Source: Parachlamydiales bacterium
Lineage (GTDB): Bacteria; Chlamydiota; Chlamydiia; Chlamydiales; SM23-39
NCBI GenBank assembly: GCA_041661445.1
Contig: JBAZUK010000003.1
Span: 129,885-193,884, forward strand
Direction: 5' to 3'
DNA: 64,000 nt
Positions 9,898 to 19,548 of this stretch are shown here, in pieces. How positions within the stretch are numbered: position 1 is the stretch's first letter; every line of letters begins with the position of its first letter. The notes beneath the pieces are model-generated. The model made no database searches and was not told the DNA's origin. It worked only from the letters and a program-made list of their open reading frames with translations. A program made the position numbers and the translations under genes.

Positions 9898-10548
9898 ATG
9901 AAAGTGAATAAAGAAATATTAAGCATCCCTCCATATATATCCACTTCCTGGGAAAATATTTTATCTCTTTTTACAGCCCACGATCATTTAATAGTTGTTT
10001 TAAAAAACGGTTCAAAAGTAGAAATACCTGATTTGAATGTAAATTTAATAGAAGTAATTTTTGATACACATGCAAAATTTTTAGAAAATCAAACAAAAAA
10101 GACAGGGCTGAACCTTGGTTTATCCTCTTTAACCAACAGTTCGATGGACTCATTATCTTATGCTCTTCAGCATAATCCTGAACAGAAAAACTCACCTAAT
10201 ATGCCCCCTGACATAATTAAAAAAATTGCTAACCTGGCAAAGTTATTTGCAGAAGAGTCAAATATAGATATGCCAAAACCCGAACCTGATTGTAACTGCA
10301 TGCATTGCCAGATTGCAAAAGCCCTGCAGATAGGCGCCGGAGTAAACCCTGAAAACCTCGATGAAGAAGTAAAAGAAGAAGATCTGAAATTTAGAGTTTG
10401 GGACATAAAAGAAGAAGGAAATAAATTATATTCTGTAACCAATCCACTAGACACAAATGAACATTATTCAGTTTTTTTAGGCACGCCAATCGGTTGCACA
10501 TGCGGTAAAAAAAACTGTGAACATATCAAAGCCGTATTAGACAGTTAA
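9898..10548 (+). CDS. hypothetical protein with C-terminal SWIM-type zinc finger
   Basis: The C-terminus CTCGKKNCEHIKAVL fits the SWIM CxCxnCxH pattern. A second Cys/His cluster, DCNCMHCQIA, lies upstream. Confidence 0.6.
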   Translation: MKVNKEILSIPPYISTSWENILSLFTAHDHLIVVLKNGSKVEIPDLNVNLIEVIFDTHAKFLENQTKKTGLNLGLSSLTNSSMDSLSYALQHNPEQKNSPNMPPDIIKKIANLAKLFAEESNIDMPKPEPDCNCMHCQIAKALQIGAGVNPENLDEEVKEEDLKFRVWDIKEEGNKLYSVTNPLDTNEHYSVFLGTPIGCTCGKKNCEHIKAVLDS

Positions 10549-10646
10549 CTTTTTTATAAAAAAATTGTGGTAAAAAATTTCTCTTTCACTCTACTATTAT
10601 AATTAAAGCAAATGTTACATTTAGCTTTGGTCAAAGGAGTGAAAGA

Positions 10647-11894
10647 ATGCTAAGGCTGTTATTTATAATTAATTTTTTATTATTTTCAGCAAATCTTATA
10701 GCTGAAGAAAACAAAGGAAATGCTGTAAAAAGCAATGTAATCAAGAAAGAAATTTCAGAACAAAAAAATATTAAACAAAAAAATGTTCTTCAAAAGACTG
10801 ACTCTCTTCAAGAGTTTAAGCCTTTTTGCGGAAAAATCACAGGCAGTAAAGTAAGAGTAAGAACATCTTCTGATTTAGACAGTCATATTATAAGCCAATT
10901 AAACAAAAATGATCTTGTTTTAGTAACAAAAGACGAAAAAGATTTTTGGGGAATTAAACCTGTTTCAAATGTAAAAGGTTATGTTTTCAGAAGTTATATA
11001 ATTGATAATGTTGTTGAAGCCAATAGAGTTAATGTAAGAGCAGAGCCTAATTTAGATTCTCCTATTATTTTTCAATTACAGAATAAAGAAAAAGTAGAAG
11101 GATGCATCTGTGCAAATAATAATAAATGGATGGAAATAAGCTTACCTGAAAATGTTTGCTTTTATATAGCAAAAGAATACGTTGCTGTCGCAGGAAATGT
11201 TGAATATTACGCTGATATGCAAAAAAGAAAAAATGAAGTTGATAATCTTGTGAACTCAGCTTATTTCATTACTCAAGCTGAATGTAAAAAACCCTACGAT
11301 GAAATGAACCCAAGTGAAGCAATTAATCAATTTGACCTTATTATCAAAGAATACGGCGATTTTCCTCAACATGTGCAGCAGGCAAAAGATGGCCTTGCCC
11401 TTCTGCAGGATAATTACCTGCAAAAGAAAATTGCATATTTAGAAGCAAAAGCAAATATTTCAAACATAGAAAAAAAAGAATATTTGGAAGCTTTAGAAAA
11501 ATCTAAGAAAGCTGAAAATGAAAACATTCTCAGCAATTCTAATGACAATAAAAATCTCACAGACAAGATGAAATTCTGGGAACCTGTTGAAAGTTCTTTA
11601 TTTACTACATGGACTACCTTTCATCCAGAAAAAAAACAAAATGATTTTTATAAAGAACAAGAAATTAATGCAGTTACAATTGCAGGAATAATCGAAGGAT
11701 ACTCTCAATCGATTAAAAATAAGCCTGGTGATTTTATTGTAGTCACAGATGATAATACAAAAGCATACTTATACAGCACTAAGGTTGATTTAAATCAATT
11801 TGTAGGAAAAAAAGTTGCTATAAAAGCCTCACCAAGACCAAATAACAATTTTGCATTTCCTGCATATTTTGTTAATTCTTTAGAAATTCAATAA
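10647..11894 (+). CDS. secreted protein with two bacterial SH3 (SH3b) domains
   Basis: AAAGGAG RBS and signal-like N-terminus MLRLLFIINFLLFSANLIA. Two SH3b-like segments: GSKVRVRTSSDLDSHIISQLNKNDLVLV...GYVF and ANRVNVRAEPNLDSPIIFQLQNKEKVEG. Confidence 0.65.
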   Translation: MLRLLFIINFLLFSANLIAEENKGNAVKSNVIKKEISEQKNIKQKNVLQKTDSLQEFKPFCGKITGSKVRVRTSSDLDSHIISQLNKNDLVLVTKDEKDFWGIKPVSNVKGYVFRSYIIDNVVEANRVNVRAEPNLDSPIIFQLQNKEKVEGCICANNNKWMEISLPENVCFYIAKEYVAVAGNVEYYADMQKRKNEVDNLVNSAYFITQAECKKPYDEMNPSEAINQFDLIIKEYGDFPQHVQQAKDGLALLQDNYLQKKIAYLEAKANISNIEKKEYLEALEKSKKAENENILSNSNDNKNLTDKMKFWEPVESSLFTTWTTFHPEKKQNDFYKEQEINAVTIAGIIEGYSQSIKNKPGDFIVVTDDNTKAYLYSTKVDLNQFVGKKVAIKASPRPNNNFAFPAYFVNSLEIQ

Positions 11895-11910
11895 ACGAAT
11901 AAATTATAAA

Positions 11911-11947
11911 AATAGCTTAAGGTTTCTTCTTAAGCTATTTTTTTTAT
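11911..11947. terminator. bidirectional intrinsic terminator between convergent genes
   Basis: Perfect 11-bp stem AATAGCTTAAG (11911-11921) / CTTAAGCTATT (11929-11939) with a 7-nt loop. A T-run follows on the plus strand and an A-run precedes it, so it can serve both convergent genes. Confidence 0.7.
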
Positions 11948-11957
11948 TGTGTATCTT

Positions 11958-13100
11958 TTAGACCTCTTCAGATTTTATATAACAAGCTGTACTAAGTTCT
12001 TCAAGTTCGTTTTCTTTATGGGAAAGGCCCATATCTTTTAATTTTTTTGCACTTACCATTACGCGACTATTCAATGAAGCGACAGTTTGATTATATGCTT
12101 CTACTGAAGTTGATAAATTTCTGCCTAATTTAATAAAATGTGAATTCATGGTCATTAATCTTTCATAAAGCTCTTTTCCCACTCTTGCTATCTCATCAGC
12201 ACTCTTTGATATCGCATCTTCTTTCCAGATATAGGCAACTGTTTTTAAGATGGCTATCAAAGTTGTCGGGGTAGCAATAATAATATTTTTTGCAGCAGCA
12301 ACTTCCAAAATAGCTGGATCCACTTGAATAGCCGCACTTAAAATACTTTCTGTCGGCAAGAATAAAATCACATATTCAGGTGTATGGTTAAACTTGGTAA
12401 AATATTCTTTTGAAGCTAAATCAATAACATGTTTTTTTAAATTTTGTGCTTGAGCTTTAAACCTTTCAGTCCTTTTTTCTTCTACTTGATCCTGAGATTC
12501 TAAAAAAGCATCAATAGGAGTTTTAGCGTCAATGATAATTAACTTATCACCCGGTAATTTTACAACCAGATCCGGTCTATATGATTTATCCTCTGCAATA
12601 GCCGTTTTCTGTTCATAAAAATCACAATTGTTCAGCATACCGCATAGTTCGACAACCCTTCTTAAATGAATCTGCCCCCACGAACCTCTCATATTCGGTG
12701 AACTTAAAGCTTTTGTCAGATTAGCTGTTTCCCTTCTTAAAGAGCTTTCGCTTTCAATTAAAATATCTAATTGTTTATTCAAAGAAGAAAAATCACCTAG
12801 TCTTTGCTTTTCAACTTCTTTTGTATAACTATTAATTTTTTCAATAGACTCTTTTACCGGATTTAATACATTTTCAAGTTCCCTTTTCTTAAATTCAATG
12901 TCGGCTTTAAATCCTTCGTGATATTTATCAAAGTTAGATCTGGCCAATTCTATGAACGATTCGTTATTTTGTCTCATGATATCAAAAGACATGCTTTTAA
13001 AAGCCTCATTCAGAGCTTTTTTAGATTTGTTTAAACTATAATTTTGCCAGATTGCCATTAAGATAACCGAAAAAATAAAAACTAAAAAAAGCGTACTCAT
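11958..13100 (-). CDS. rmuC: DNA recombination protein RmuC
   Basis: N-terminal TM helix, a long coiled-coil region, then the RmuC core (RGSWGQIHLRRVVELCGM ... YRPDLVVKLPGDKLIIIDAKTP ... PEYVILFLPTES). Confidence 0.85.
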   Translation of the reverse strand: MSTLFLVFIFSVILMAIWQNYSLNKSKKALNEAFKSMSFDIMRQNNESFIELARSNFDKYHEGFKADIEFKKRELENVLNPVKESIEKINSYTKEVEKQRLGDFSSLNKQLDILIESESSLRRETANLTKALSSPNMRGSWGQIHLRRVVELCGMLNNCDFYEQKTAIAEDKSYRPDLVVKLPGDKLIIIDAKTPIDAFLESQDQVEEKRTERFKAQAQNLKKHVIDLASKEYFTKFNHTPEYVILFLPTESILSAAIQVDPAILEVAAAKNIIIATPTTLIAILKTVAYIWKEDAISKSADEIARVGKELYERLMTMNSHFIKLGRNLSTSVEAYNQTVASLNSRVMVSAKKLKDMGLSHKENELEELSTACYIKSEEV

Positions 13101-13158
13101 AGATACTCCTGAAAAGACCGAACAAAATAATATTATATTAATATAATTAAAAAATCAC

Positions 13159-14007
13159 TTACTCTTCGTCTTCATCGTCTTCATCTTCTTCAGGCGCAAA
13201 ATCTTCCAGAGTTTTTGATTTTTTTCCTGCGATTATTCTAATAATAGCTAAAACCAAAGCAATTAAAATATATGACCAAGAGCTAACAAAGAAAAGAAAT
13301 GAAAAATAATAAAAGATACCATATAAAACAAAAATCGCAGCCATTCCTGAAAAAATTGCTAGATAAAAAGAAGGGATTCTAAAATGAAGACCTTTCAAAG
13401 AGGGAAATTTCCATCTGCTTACCATAAGGTATCCCAACAGAATATTGAATACTATCAGTAAAATTGTCCTAATTGAATTTGAAATATCCAAGCGTTCATT
13501 AAATATTGGAGATAATAAAAACAAATTAAGTGAAATAGAGCAAACAGCCGCGGCAGGAATTGGTAATCCGGTAAAATGCTTTTTCTGGATTGTCATCTCA
13601 ACTATGTTCCCTTTTGCCTCAGTAGATGCTAAATTGAATCTAACCAATCTCAATATCCCGCAGAGTGTATAGATCATTGCTCCTGACACAGCGAAGAAAG
13701 AAAGTGTAGTTCCTTGCTCAAGAGATAAAGTTTTTAAAAGAATAACCGAAGGAGCTACACCAAAAGAAATACCATCCGCCATAGAATCAAACAATACTCC
13801 AAAATCGCTTTGAGCTTTAAAAGCCCTGGCAACAGCTCCATCAATAAAATCAGCTAAAGCAGCTAAAAGAATCAATAAGGCCGATTTCTGAACCATATCA
13901 AAAGTTCCACTTCCTGGTTCAATCATATTAACTTTAAAAATAACAAAAAGACCGCAAGCAAGGCCAAAAGCTGTTATCATGTTAGGAATCAGATAAATTT
14001 GTTTCAT
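13159..14007 (-). CDS. pssA: CDP-diacylglycerol--serine O-phosphatidyltransferase (CDP-alcohol phosphatidyltransferase family)
   Basis: The CDP-alcohol motif DFIDGAVARAFKAQSDFGVLFDSMADGISF fits DGxxARx8Gx3Dx3D. The protein is multi-pass hydrophobic with an acidic C-terminal tail (EEDEDDEDEE). Confidence 0.85.
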   Translation of the reverse strand: MKQIYLIPNMITAFGLACGLFVIFKVNMIEPGSGTFDMVQKSALLILLAALADFIDGAVARAFKAQSDFGVLFDSMADGISFGVAPSVILLKTLSLEQGTTLSFFAVSGAMIYTLCGILRLVRFNLASTEAKGNIVEMTIQKKHFTGLPIPAAAVCSISLNLFLLSPIFNERLDISNSIRTILLIVFNILLGYLMVSRWKFPSLKGLHFRIPSFYLAIFSGMAAIFVLYGIFYYFSFLFFVSSWSYILIALVLAIIRIIAGKKSKTLEDFAPEEDEDDEDEE

Positions 14008-14146
14008 AAAATTTCTTCTCTTATAAAAAACTTCATTAATTATTACTTAATGTTCTGAATATCATTATTATCTATTAATTTTTTTCAAATCTATAAAAAT
14101 ATTAAATAATTTTCATGATACAATAAAATTAAAAGGAAGTGCTTAT

Positions 14147-14431
14147 ATGAACGAAAACAATTATAATGAATTTAGAATCAGCAATTTAGATTATGAATCA
14201 AAAAAAACAGACTTATTAAAACAAGAGCTGGATGTTAATTTACAACTGCAGGTAATCGTTAAAAAAAGGATAGAATTGCTCAAAGACTCTTTTCTGCAGA
14301 TCCCAAATACCGCTCCGGAATATGCTCTTTTATTAACTCAACAGGAACAAGACATGATTGAATTAGATGAATTAAAATATCGAGAAGGCCTGATTACAGA
14401 GCTTTTATCAAAATACAAAAGTAAGTTATAA
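14147..14431 (+). CDS. hypothetical coiled-coil protein
   Basis: 94-aa ORF with AAAGGAAG upstream. No recognisable motif. Confidence 0.4.
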   Translation: MNENNYNEFRISNLDYESKKTDLLKQELDVNLQLQVIVKKRIELLKDSFLQIPNTAPEYALLLTQQEQDMIELDELKYREGLITELLSKYKSKL

Positions 14432-14557
14432 AAAATTTTAAATCTTTGATCTTATATTTTATAACTATCTTATAATAAATACTATCTAGCCTAATTTATA
14501 AATAAAATTAATTTAGTTTAGTTAATTTATAAATAATTAAATTTTTATTACAATTTA

Positions 14558-14566
14558 TGATATAAT
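14558..14566 (+). promoter_or_regulatory. candidate extended -10 element (TGATATAAT)
   Basis: Perfect TGnTATAAT about 58 nt upstream of the mini-ORF at 14625. Chance TATAAT matches are common in sequence this AT-rich. Confidence 0.3.
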
Positions 14567-14624
14567 AGATAAATATACAAATGTTTAATAACTAATTTAA
14601 TTTAATAAAAAAGCAGGTAAAAAA

Positions 14625-14723
14625 ATGAGTAGCAGTACTAATAATAGCGAAATTCAAAATTTTGATATCGACGAACCTGATGAAGCTTTAGATTTGGGTT
14701 TGGATGATGAGATGGATGATTAA
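14625..14723 (+). CDS. candidate 32-aa highly acidic mini-protein (absent from the supplied ORF track)
   Basis: ATG preceded by AGG 7 nt upstream. Translation is MSSSTNNSEIQNFDIDEPDEALDLGLDDEMDD, ending in TAA at 14721-14723. Eleven of the last 20 residues are D/E. Confidence 0.3.
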   Translation: MSSSTNNSEIQNFDIDEPDEALDLGLDDEMDD

Positions 14724-14856
14724 TTAATCGATAAAATTCCTTTAGAAAGCTCTAATTATCAATATTTTAAATATTTTTTTTCAAAAAATTATAATTTTAA
14801 TATTATAAAATAAAGTTTTTATTATAATCAGCTTTAGATGCATTTTAAGGTTTATT

Positions 14857-15174
14857 ATGAAAAAAACAAAAAAAACTAAAATTAAGACTAAAGAAAAACC
14901 AAAAAAAATCACAAAAAAAATCTTAAAGAAAGGCAAGTCGCCTAAAAAAACTCTAAAAAAGAAAAAAGCGCCTATTTGGGAACCAAAACTAAATCAGATG
15001 AAAGATAAGCTTGAGAAAACTTTAAAAAAGTTAAAAGATGATTTAGAAAAAAAAGTTTCTTTTGAAATAATTGAAAAAGATAACAATGAACTTTTATTGT
15101 TATTAGGTGAGTGCAATTATCTGGTTAGAGAGTTCCACGAACATGCAACTTTAAAAGCTAATAAACTTAAATAA
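14857..15174 (+). CDS. lysine-rich basic protein (possible nucleic-acid-binding protein), hypothetical
   Basis: 105 aa with 21 Lys in the first 39 residues (MKKTKKTKIKTKEKPKKITKKILKKGKSPKKTLKKKKAP), followed by a helical C-terminal half. Confidence 0.55.
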   Translation: MKKTKKTKIKTKEKPKKITKKILKKGKSPKKTLKKKKAPIWEPKLNQMKDKLEKTLKKLKDDLEKKVSFEIIEKDNNELLLLLGECNYLVREFHEHATLKANKLK

Positions 15175-15192
15175 TTTTTTTATTTAAATATT

Positions 15193-15230
15193 ATTAAAAA
15201 GTTTCAATGTTCTGATTGAAACTTTTTAAT
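15193..15230 (+). terminator. perfect 16-bp palindrome, terminator-like
   Basis: ATTAAAAAGTTTCAAT (15193-15208) / ATTGAAACTTTTTAAT (15215-15230) with a 6-nt loop, 19 nt after the stop at 15174. The stem is AT-rich and no clean distal T-tract follows. Confidence 0.4.
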
Positions 15231-15569
15231 ATTCTTTATCTTATTCTTTTTTAGATGTGTATTTATATTTTTTATAAAATCAGAGAAAACTTCAAAGGTA
15301 ATAAATCTAGAAAATAGGAATTCAACTGCTCCGTAGACTTAAAAAATCAATTTTGAGATCTACAGTTCTTAATTAATTTTAAGGATCATTCTTTTGAGAT
15401 GATTCTGAATTTATTAAATTTAATAATAAATTACACAAATATTGAGTTCATCAGCTGTTTGCAGGATAAAAAATGATATGCCGAATATTTTTTTTGTTAT
15501 TCTTAAAAAACCTTGCGAAGCTCTACAATTAAATTAATGAATGAGCTTCCTTCCAATGTAAACAGAGAT

Positions 15570-18500
15570 TTAAAAAGGAAAAACATTTCCTCTATTTTCA
15601 GCGCTGAAGAATTTTTCATCTTTATATAGAACTTCACCGGGATCCCTATTAAAATAAAGTCTATATTTATTAAAATCCGCAAAACGTTTTAAGTTATATT
15701 CAAGGATCAGATCTGTAAAATGCAATGCCAGTATCACATTGTCCAGAATCTTAGTAGGGAAAATAACAAGCTGAATATTGAAAACTCCTCCTAAAACATT
15801 AGTAGCAATGTTATTGGCTAGATCAACAAAAACTTCAGATGTGTAATTTGAATAATCTAATATGTTGATAGGAGTTGGAGAGTTGCCTCCATCTATAAGG
15901 CCGGTTAATCCCTTATTATTGCTTAAAACAAATCTATCCCCCTGCGTGCCTCCGACTAAACTTGGAATGTTTACAAATGATAAGCTCCCGCTAATATTTC
16001 CCTGGTTCAGATCCGTAATATTCCAAATGGTATCAACATTCGGACCATAAATAGTATCTAATATGTTTGTACCGTTAATTGTTCCTTTTTGAGGAACTGT
16101 CGTAATAATATGGTAAGCATTATTGGAAGTTCCTCCATTGATAAAAAGGTTCCCTGTTGTCAAAGAAACATTTTTATACAGATTTAATATTCCGCTAGAA
16201 GTTTGACCTATGTTTAAAGCAATATTGTCAGCTCCAGAATTTCCCGAGGTCAAATCGGCATTCAGATCAATATTATTCCCTCTTATTGTGACAGGAAAAT
16301 TATTAAATGAATAACTTTCGCTACCTGTTCCAATAACAATCGAATGGCTGCCAGATAAATTTCCAATAAAAACATCGGAAAAGCCGCTATTAATTGAATT
16401 TAAATCCGTAGAAAGCAATCTAAAATTCGCTGATAGAGGATTTAATAAATCAATTGGATCGCTAGTATTTATTGGCTCAATGATTAAATTGCCACTGCCT
16501 GAAACGGCCCCTGATAATTTAATGAAGTTGGCTTTTAACAATATATCGCCGGTATCTGAACCTCCCCCGATAACAGCCCCAGCATTCAAATCAATCCCCG
16601 GGAATGAATTATCAAAACCTATCCCTTTAATTGAAATATCGGCCGAACCTGTGCTTAATATTCCAGAACCAGATAACATATTAAGTCCGCGATAGTTTGT
16701 TACCCCTGTTCCAGTTGCATTGATTGTTATTTGCCCTGAAACAGAAGATACTTTTGCCAGACTATGAAAAATAATTCCATCGCTTCCAGATGAGCCGCCA
16801 GTTGCGGTAATTTCAATTGTTCCAGTACCCAAAGATTGTATCTCGTTGCTGGCTGCCTGAACTCTGTTAAATTCTATACCGGGACCGCCATTCGCTCCTC
16901 CTGTTGCAATTATAACAATATTACCTGTTCCCAAAGATTGTATAGGAACTCCGGCTGTAATTCCCCCAAAATTATCCATTTCCAAACCCGGACTTGCATT
17001 TCCTCCATTTGCCGTAATAGTCAAATTTCCATCAACAACATGAAAATCTTCTAATATGCTATCAACGGAATAAATAAAAACTCCGGGACTAAAAATACTT
17101 GCATCTGTTGAACCTGTACCTGTAATTTGAATACCTGCGTCATTGTTTGCAAATATATTGTAATCTTCAATTAAGACCCCATCATTTTGATCAGAACTTC
17201 CTTTTCCAATACCATTAATAACAATTTGACCGGAATTAGCCGAGATTTCATGAACAGCGTTATCATCAGCGAAATTCACACCTCTATTACCTGTAGTGCC
17301 ATCACCGGCTGTCCCAGTAATTGATATTGATATATCGCCATTATTTTTTGTGTTAGAGGTAAGTTTAATATTTGTATTGTCTGCAAAAACTCCAACATTA
17401 AATTGTCCCGCAGCGCTACCTCCTCCATTGCCGAATAATACTATTTTACCTTGAGTTGTATTAATGTTACTGTCCTCTATGTTAATTCCATTATTATTTG
17501 AAAGCGCACTAAGACTAGCGCCACCTATTCCTGTGATATTGATTTTTCCTCTTGTTACATTCGTTGGAAAAGTCTGTATTGTAGAATTTGATATTTTAAC
17601 TCCGTGATTAAAATCGCTGTTTCCGCCTGTTCCATGTAAAATTATGTCACCGTCAACAGATTGCAATGTAATTGGAGATGCAAAAATACCTTGCAGATCA
17701 ATTCCGCTATAATCACCATTTTTACTATCACCGCTTGTAAAATTTATCGCAGTAAAAGAACTGCCGGATGCTGTAGAATCAATAGTAACCGCATCATTAA
17801 TTATAATCTCCCTATCTGCTGTGATGGTTAAAGTATTTGGAGTTGACCAATTAATATTAGATCCGCTCTGAATTGTTATAGTGCCTACTCCTCCAGCACC
17901 AGCTGCAGTCTGTATCACAACATTTGTAGAAGATAAAGCTGTGTTAATATTTACATAATCCAAGCTTGCCGAAGGTGTCACAGGATCATAAGTACCCGGA
18001 GGAGTTGTTGGAAAACTCGGAATGCTTGTTCCACCGAAGGCTCCTATAGTGATATCTGACGGATCTAAAAGTAAAGTTCCCGTTTTTCCATTTGCTAGAG
18101 TGTTAACAAAACCATTAAATCTTAAATTATTATTCTTTGAGGAGATTTCAACAAACCCGCCATCTCCAGATATAACCCCACCTTTAGCATCTATATTTCC
18201 AAAAAAACTTGTATCTTCATCAGACCATAAAATTACCTTTCCGCCATTTCCTGCGATCTTTGATGATGCATCGATAAACGCATCATTTTCTACATAAACA
18301 TATTTTGCATTCTGAATGTTTTCATTCTTACCCTGATAATCTCCACCAATCAGCACAATCCCGCCATCTTTTTCAGAGCTGACATCTATGATTGCATTTT
18401 CTTTAACATGAACATATTCGGCTAAAAGATTAATTTCTCCGCCTTTATCTAGAGATAATGCTTTTAAATTTCCATTAACCTCGATCTTACCGCTATCTGA

Positions 18501-19244
18501 AGCTAAGATTATCCTGCCATTTTTATTTTCTATGCCTGTTGCATTTATGACACCATTTTGATTAATGGCAAGAGAGAATATATTATCACTTGCTGCCTTA
18601 AGCTCTATCTGAGCTGCATTAATAACTCCATTATTTGTTATCGACCCCAAGGTGTTTTTTCTGACAACAAAATCTTCATTTCCTTTTTCGTATAACAAAA
18701 CATCCATAGCTCCCGCTATTCCTATAGTTTTAGAATCCAAAGAACCATTATTTTCAACTTCTCTTGATATCAAATAGATTTCTTTTGTAGCTTTTATTCT
18801 GCCCAAGTTTTGGATTTTACAAGAAGATTCTCCATTGAAATTTATGTCATGCCCATCTAAAAACTCATTATCTAATACATTTAATGTTGAAGCTATAAAA
18901 CTCATGGCGCTTATCTGCCCGTCTTTTCCGATAAAAATTCCATTTTGATTAATGAGATAGATTTTTCCATTAGCTTCCAGGTTTCCATAAATTAATGATG
19001 GATTGTTAGTTACCACCCTATTTAGAATTACCGCGCTCTCGGAGGGCTGCATAAATTTGGTTGTTTCATTTTTTTCAATTGAGAAATTCTGCCAGTTTAC
19101 TATGGCTTTATCGCTTAACTGATTAACTAATAAATTATTGTCTGCTGATATTATTGATACATCTCCGCTAACAACATCTCCTCCCTGAGGATTGGCAAAT
19201 GCATTAGAAAAGTATAAAAAAAATATTAGAAATTTATTTTTCAT
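15570..19244 (-). CDS. TpsA-family large exoprotein (filamentous-haemagglutinin-like), paralog of the giant gene, with no adjacent transporter
   Basis: Signal peptide MKNKFLIFFLYFSNAFA. TPS domain: AIVNWQNFSIEKNETTKFMQPSESAVILNRVVTNNPSLIYGNLEANGKIYLINQNGIFIG. It shares GDGGFVEISSK...GKTGTLLLDPSDITI with the giant TpsA, then has G/S/T/N-rich beta-helix-type repeats. Confidence 0.88.
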   Translation of the reverse strand: MKNKFLIFFLYFSNAFANPQGGDVVSGDVSIISADNNLLVNQLSDKAIVNWQNFSIEKNETTKFMQPSESAVILNRVVTNNPSLIYGNLEANGKIYLINQNGIFIGKDGQISAMSFIASTLNVLDNEFLDGHDINFNGESSCKIQNLGRIKATKEIYLISREVENNGSLDSKTIGIAGAMDVLLYEKGNEDFVVRKNTLGSITNNGVINAAQIELKAASDNIFSLAINQNGVINATGIENKNGRIILASDSGKIEVNGNLKALSLDKGGEINLLAEYVHVKENAIIDVSSEKDGGIVLIGGDYQGKNENIQNAKYVYVENDAFIDASSKIAGNGGKVILWSDEDTSFFGNIDAKGGVISGDGGFVEISSKNNNLRFNGFVNTLANGKTGTLLLDPSDITIGAFGGTSIPSFPTTPPGTYDPVTPSASLDYVNINTALSSTNVVIQTAAGAGGVGTITIQSGSNINWSTPNTLTITADREIIINDAVTIDSTASGSSFTAINFTSGDSKNGDYSGIDLQGIFASPITLQSVDGDIILHGTGGNSDFNHGVKISNSTIQTFPTNVTRGKINITGIGGASLSALSNNNGINIEDSNINTTQGKIVLFGNGGGSAAGQFNVGVFADNTNIKLTSNTKNNGDISISITGTAGDGTTGNRGVNFADDNAVHEISANSGQIVINGIGKGSSDQNDGVLIEDYNIFANNDAGIQITGTGSTDASIFSPGVFIYSVDSILEDFHVVDGNLTITANGGNASPGLEMDNFGGITAGVPIQSLGTGNIVIIATGGANGGPGIEFNRVQAASNEIQSLGTGTIEITATGGSSGSDGIIFHSLAKVSSVSGQITINATGTGVTNYRGLNMLSGSGILSTGSADISIKGIGFDNSFPGIDLNAGAVIGGGSDTGDILLKANFIKLSGAVSGSGNLIIEPINTSDPIDLLNPLSANFRLLSTDLNSINSGFSDVFIGNLSGSHSIVIGTGSESYSFNNFPVTIRGNNIDLNADLTSGNSGADNIALNIGQTSSGILNLYKNVSLTTGNLFINGGTSNNAYHIITTVPQKGTINGTNILDTIYGPNVDTIWNITDLNQGNISGSLSFVNIPSLVGGTQGDRFVLSNNKGLTGLIDGGNSPTPINILDYSNYTSEVFVDLANNIATNVLGGVFNIQLVIFPTKILDNVILALHFTDLILEYNLKRFADFNKYRLYFNRDPGEVLYKDEKFFSAENRGNVFPF

Positions 19245-19548
19245 AGAGGATTCCTTTCAAATTATATTAAAATAAAAAATTATTAATATGTCTAACATTT
19301 TCTTATGCATCCTCATTTTTCAAACTAAAGCATTAATTATCATTTTTAATAGAAAAATTAATTGCAATTTCGTTTAAAATTTACCATCAGACATTACTTA
19401 AATATTTACTGTATAGACAAAAGACTTTTTTATGTTTTTTTGCATGTTTTTTTTCAAAGCATAAAAAAATCCTCTGAGGTATGATAGGTTATTGATAAAA
19501 AAAATCTGTTAAACTTAATAATCATGATTATTCAAGATAGGATGCAAC

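Noticed and set aside
14857-15174. Calling the Lys-rich protein an orthologue of chlamydial histone-like Hc1/Hc2.
   Set aside because: Hc1 has a helical N-terminal domain and a basic C-terminal tail, and here the polarity is reversed. I see no alignable motif, so only the compositional analogy is retained.
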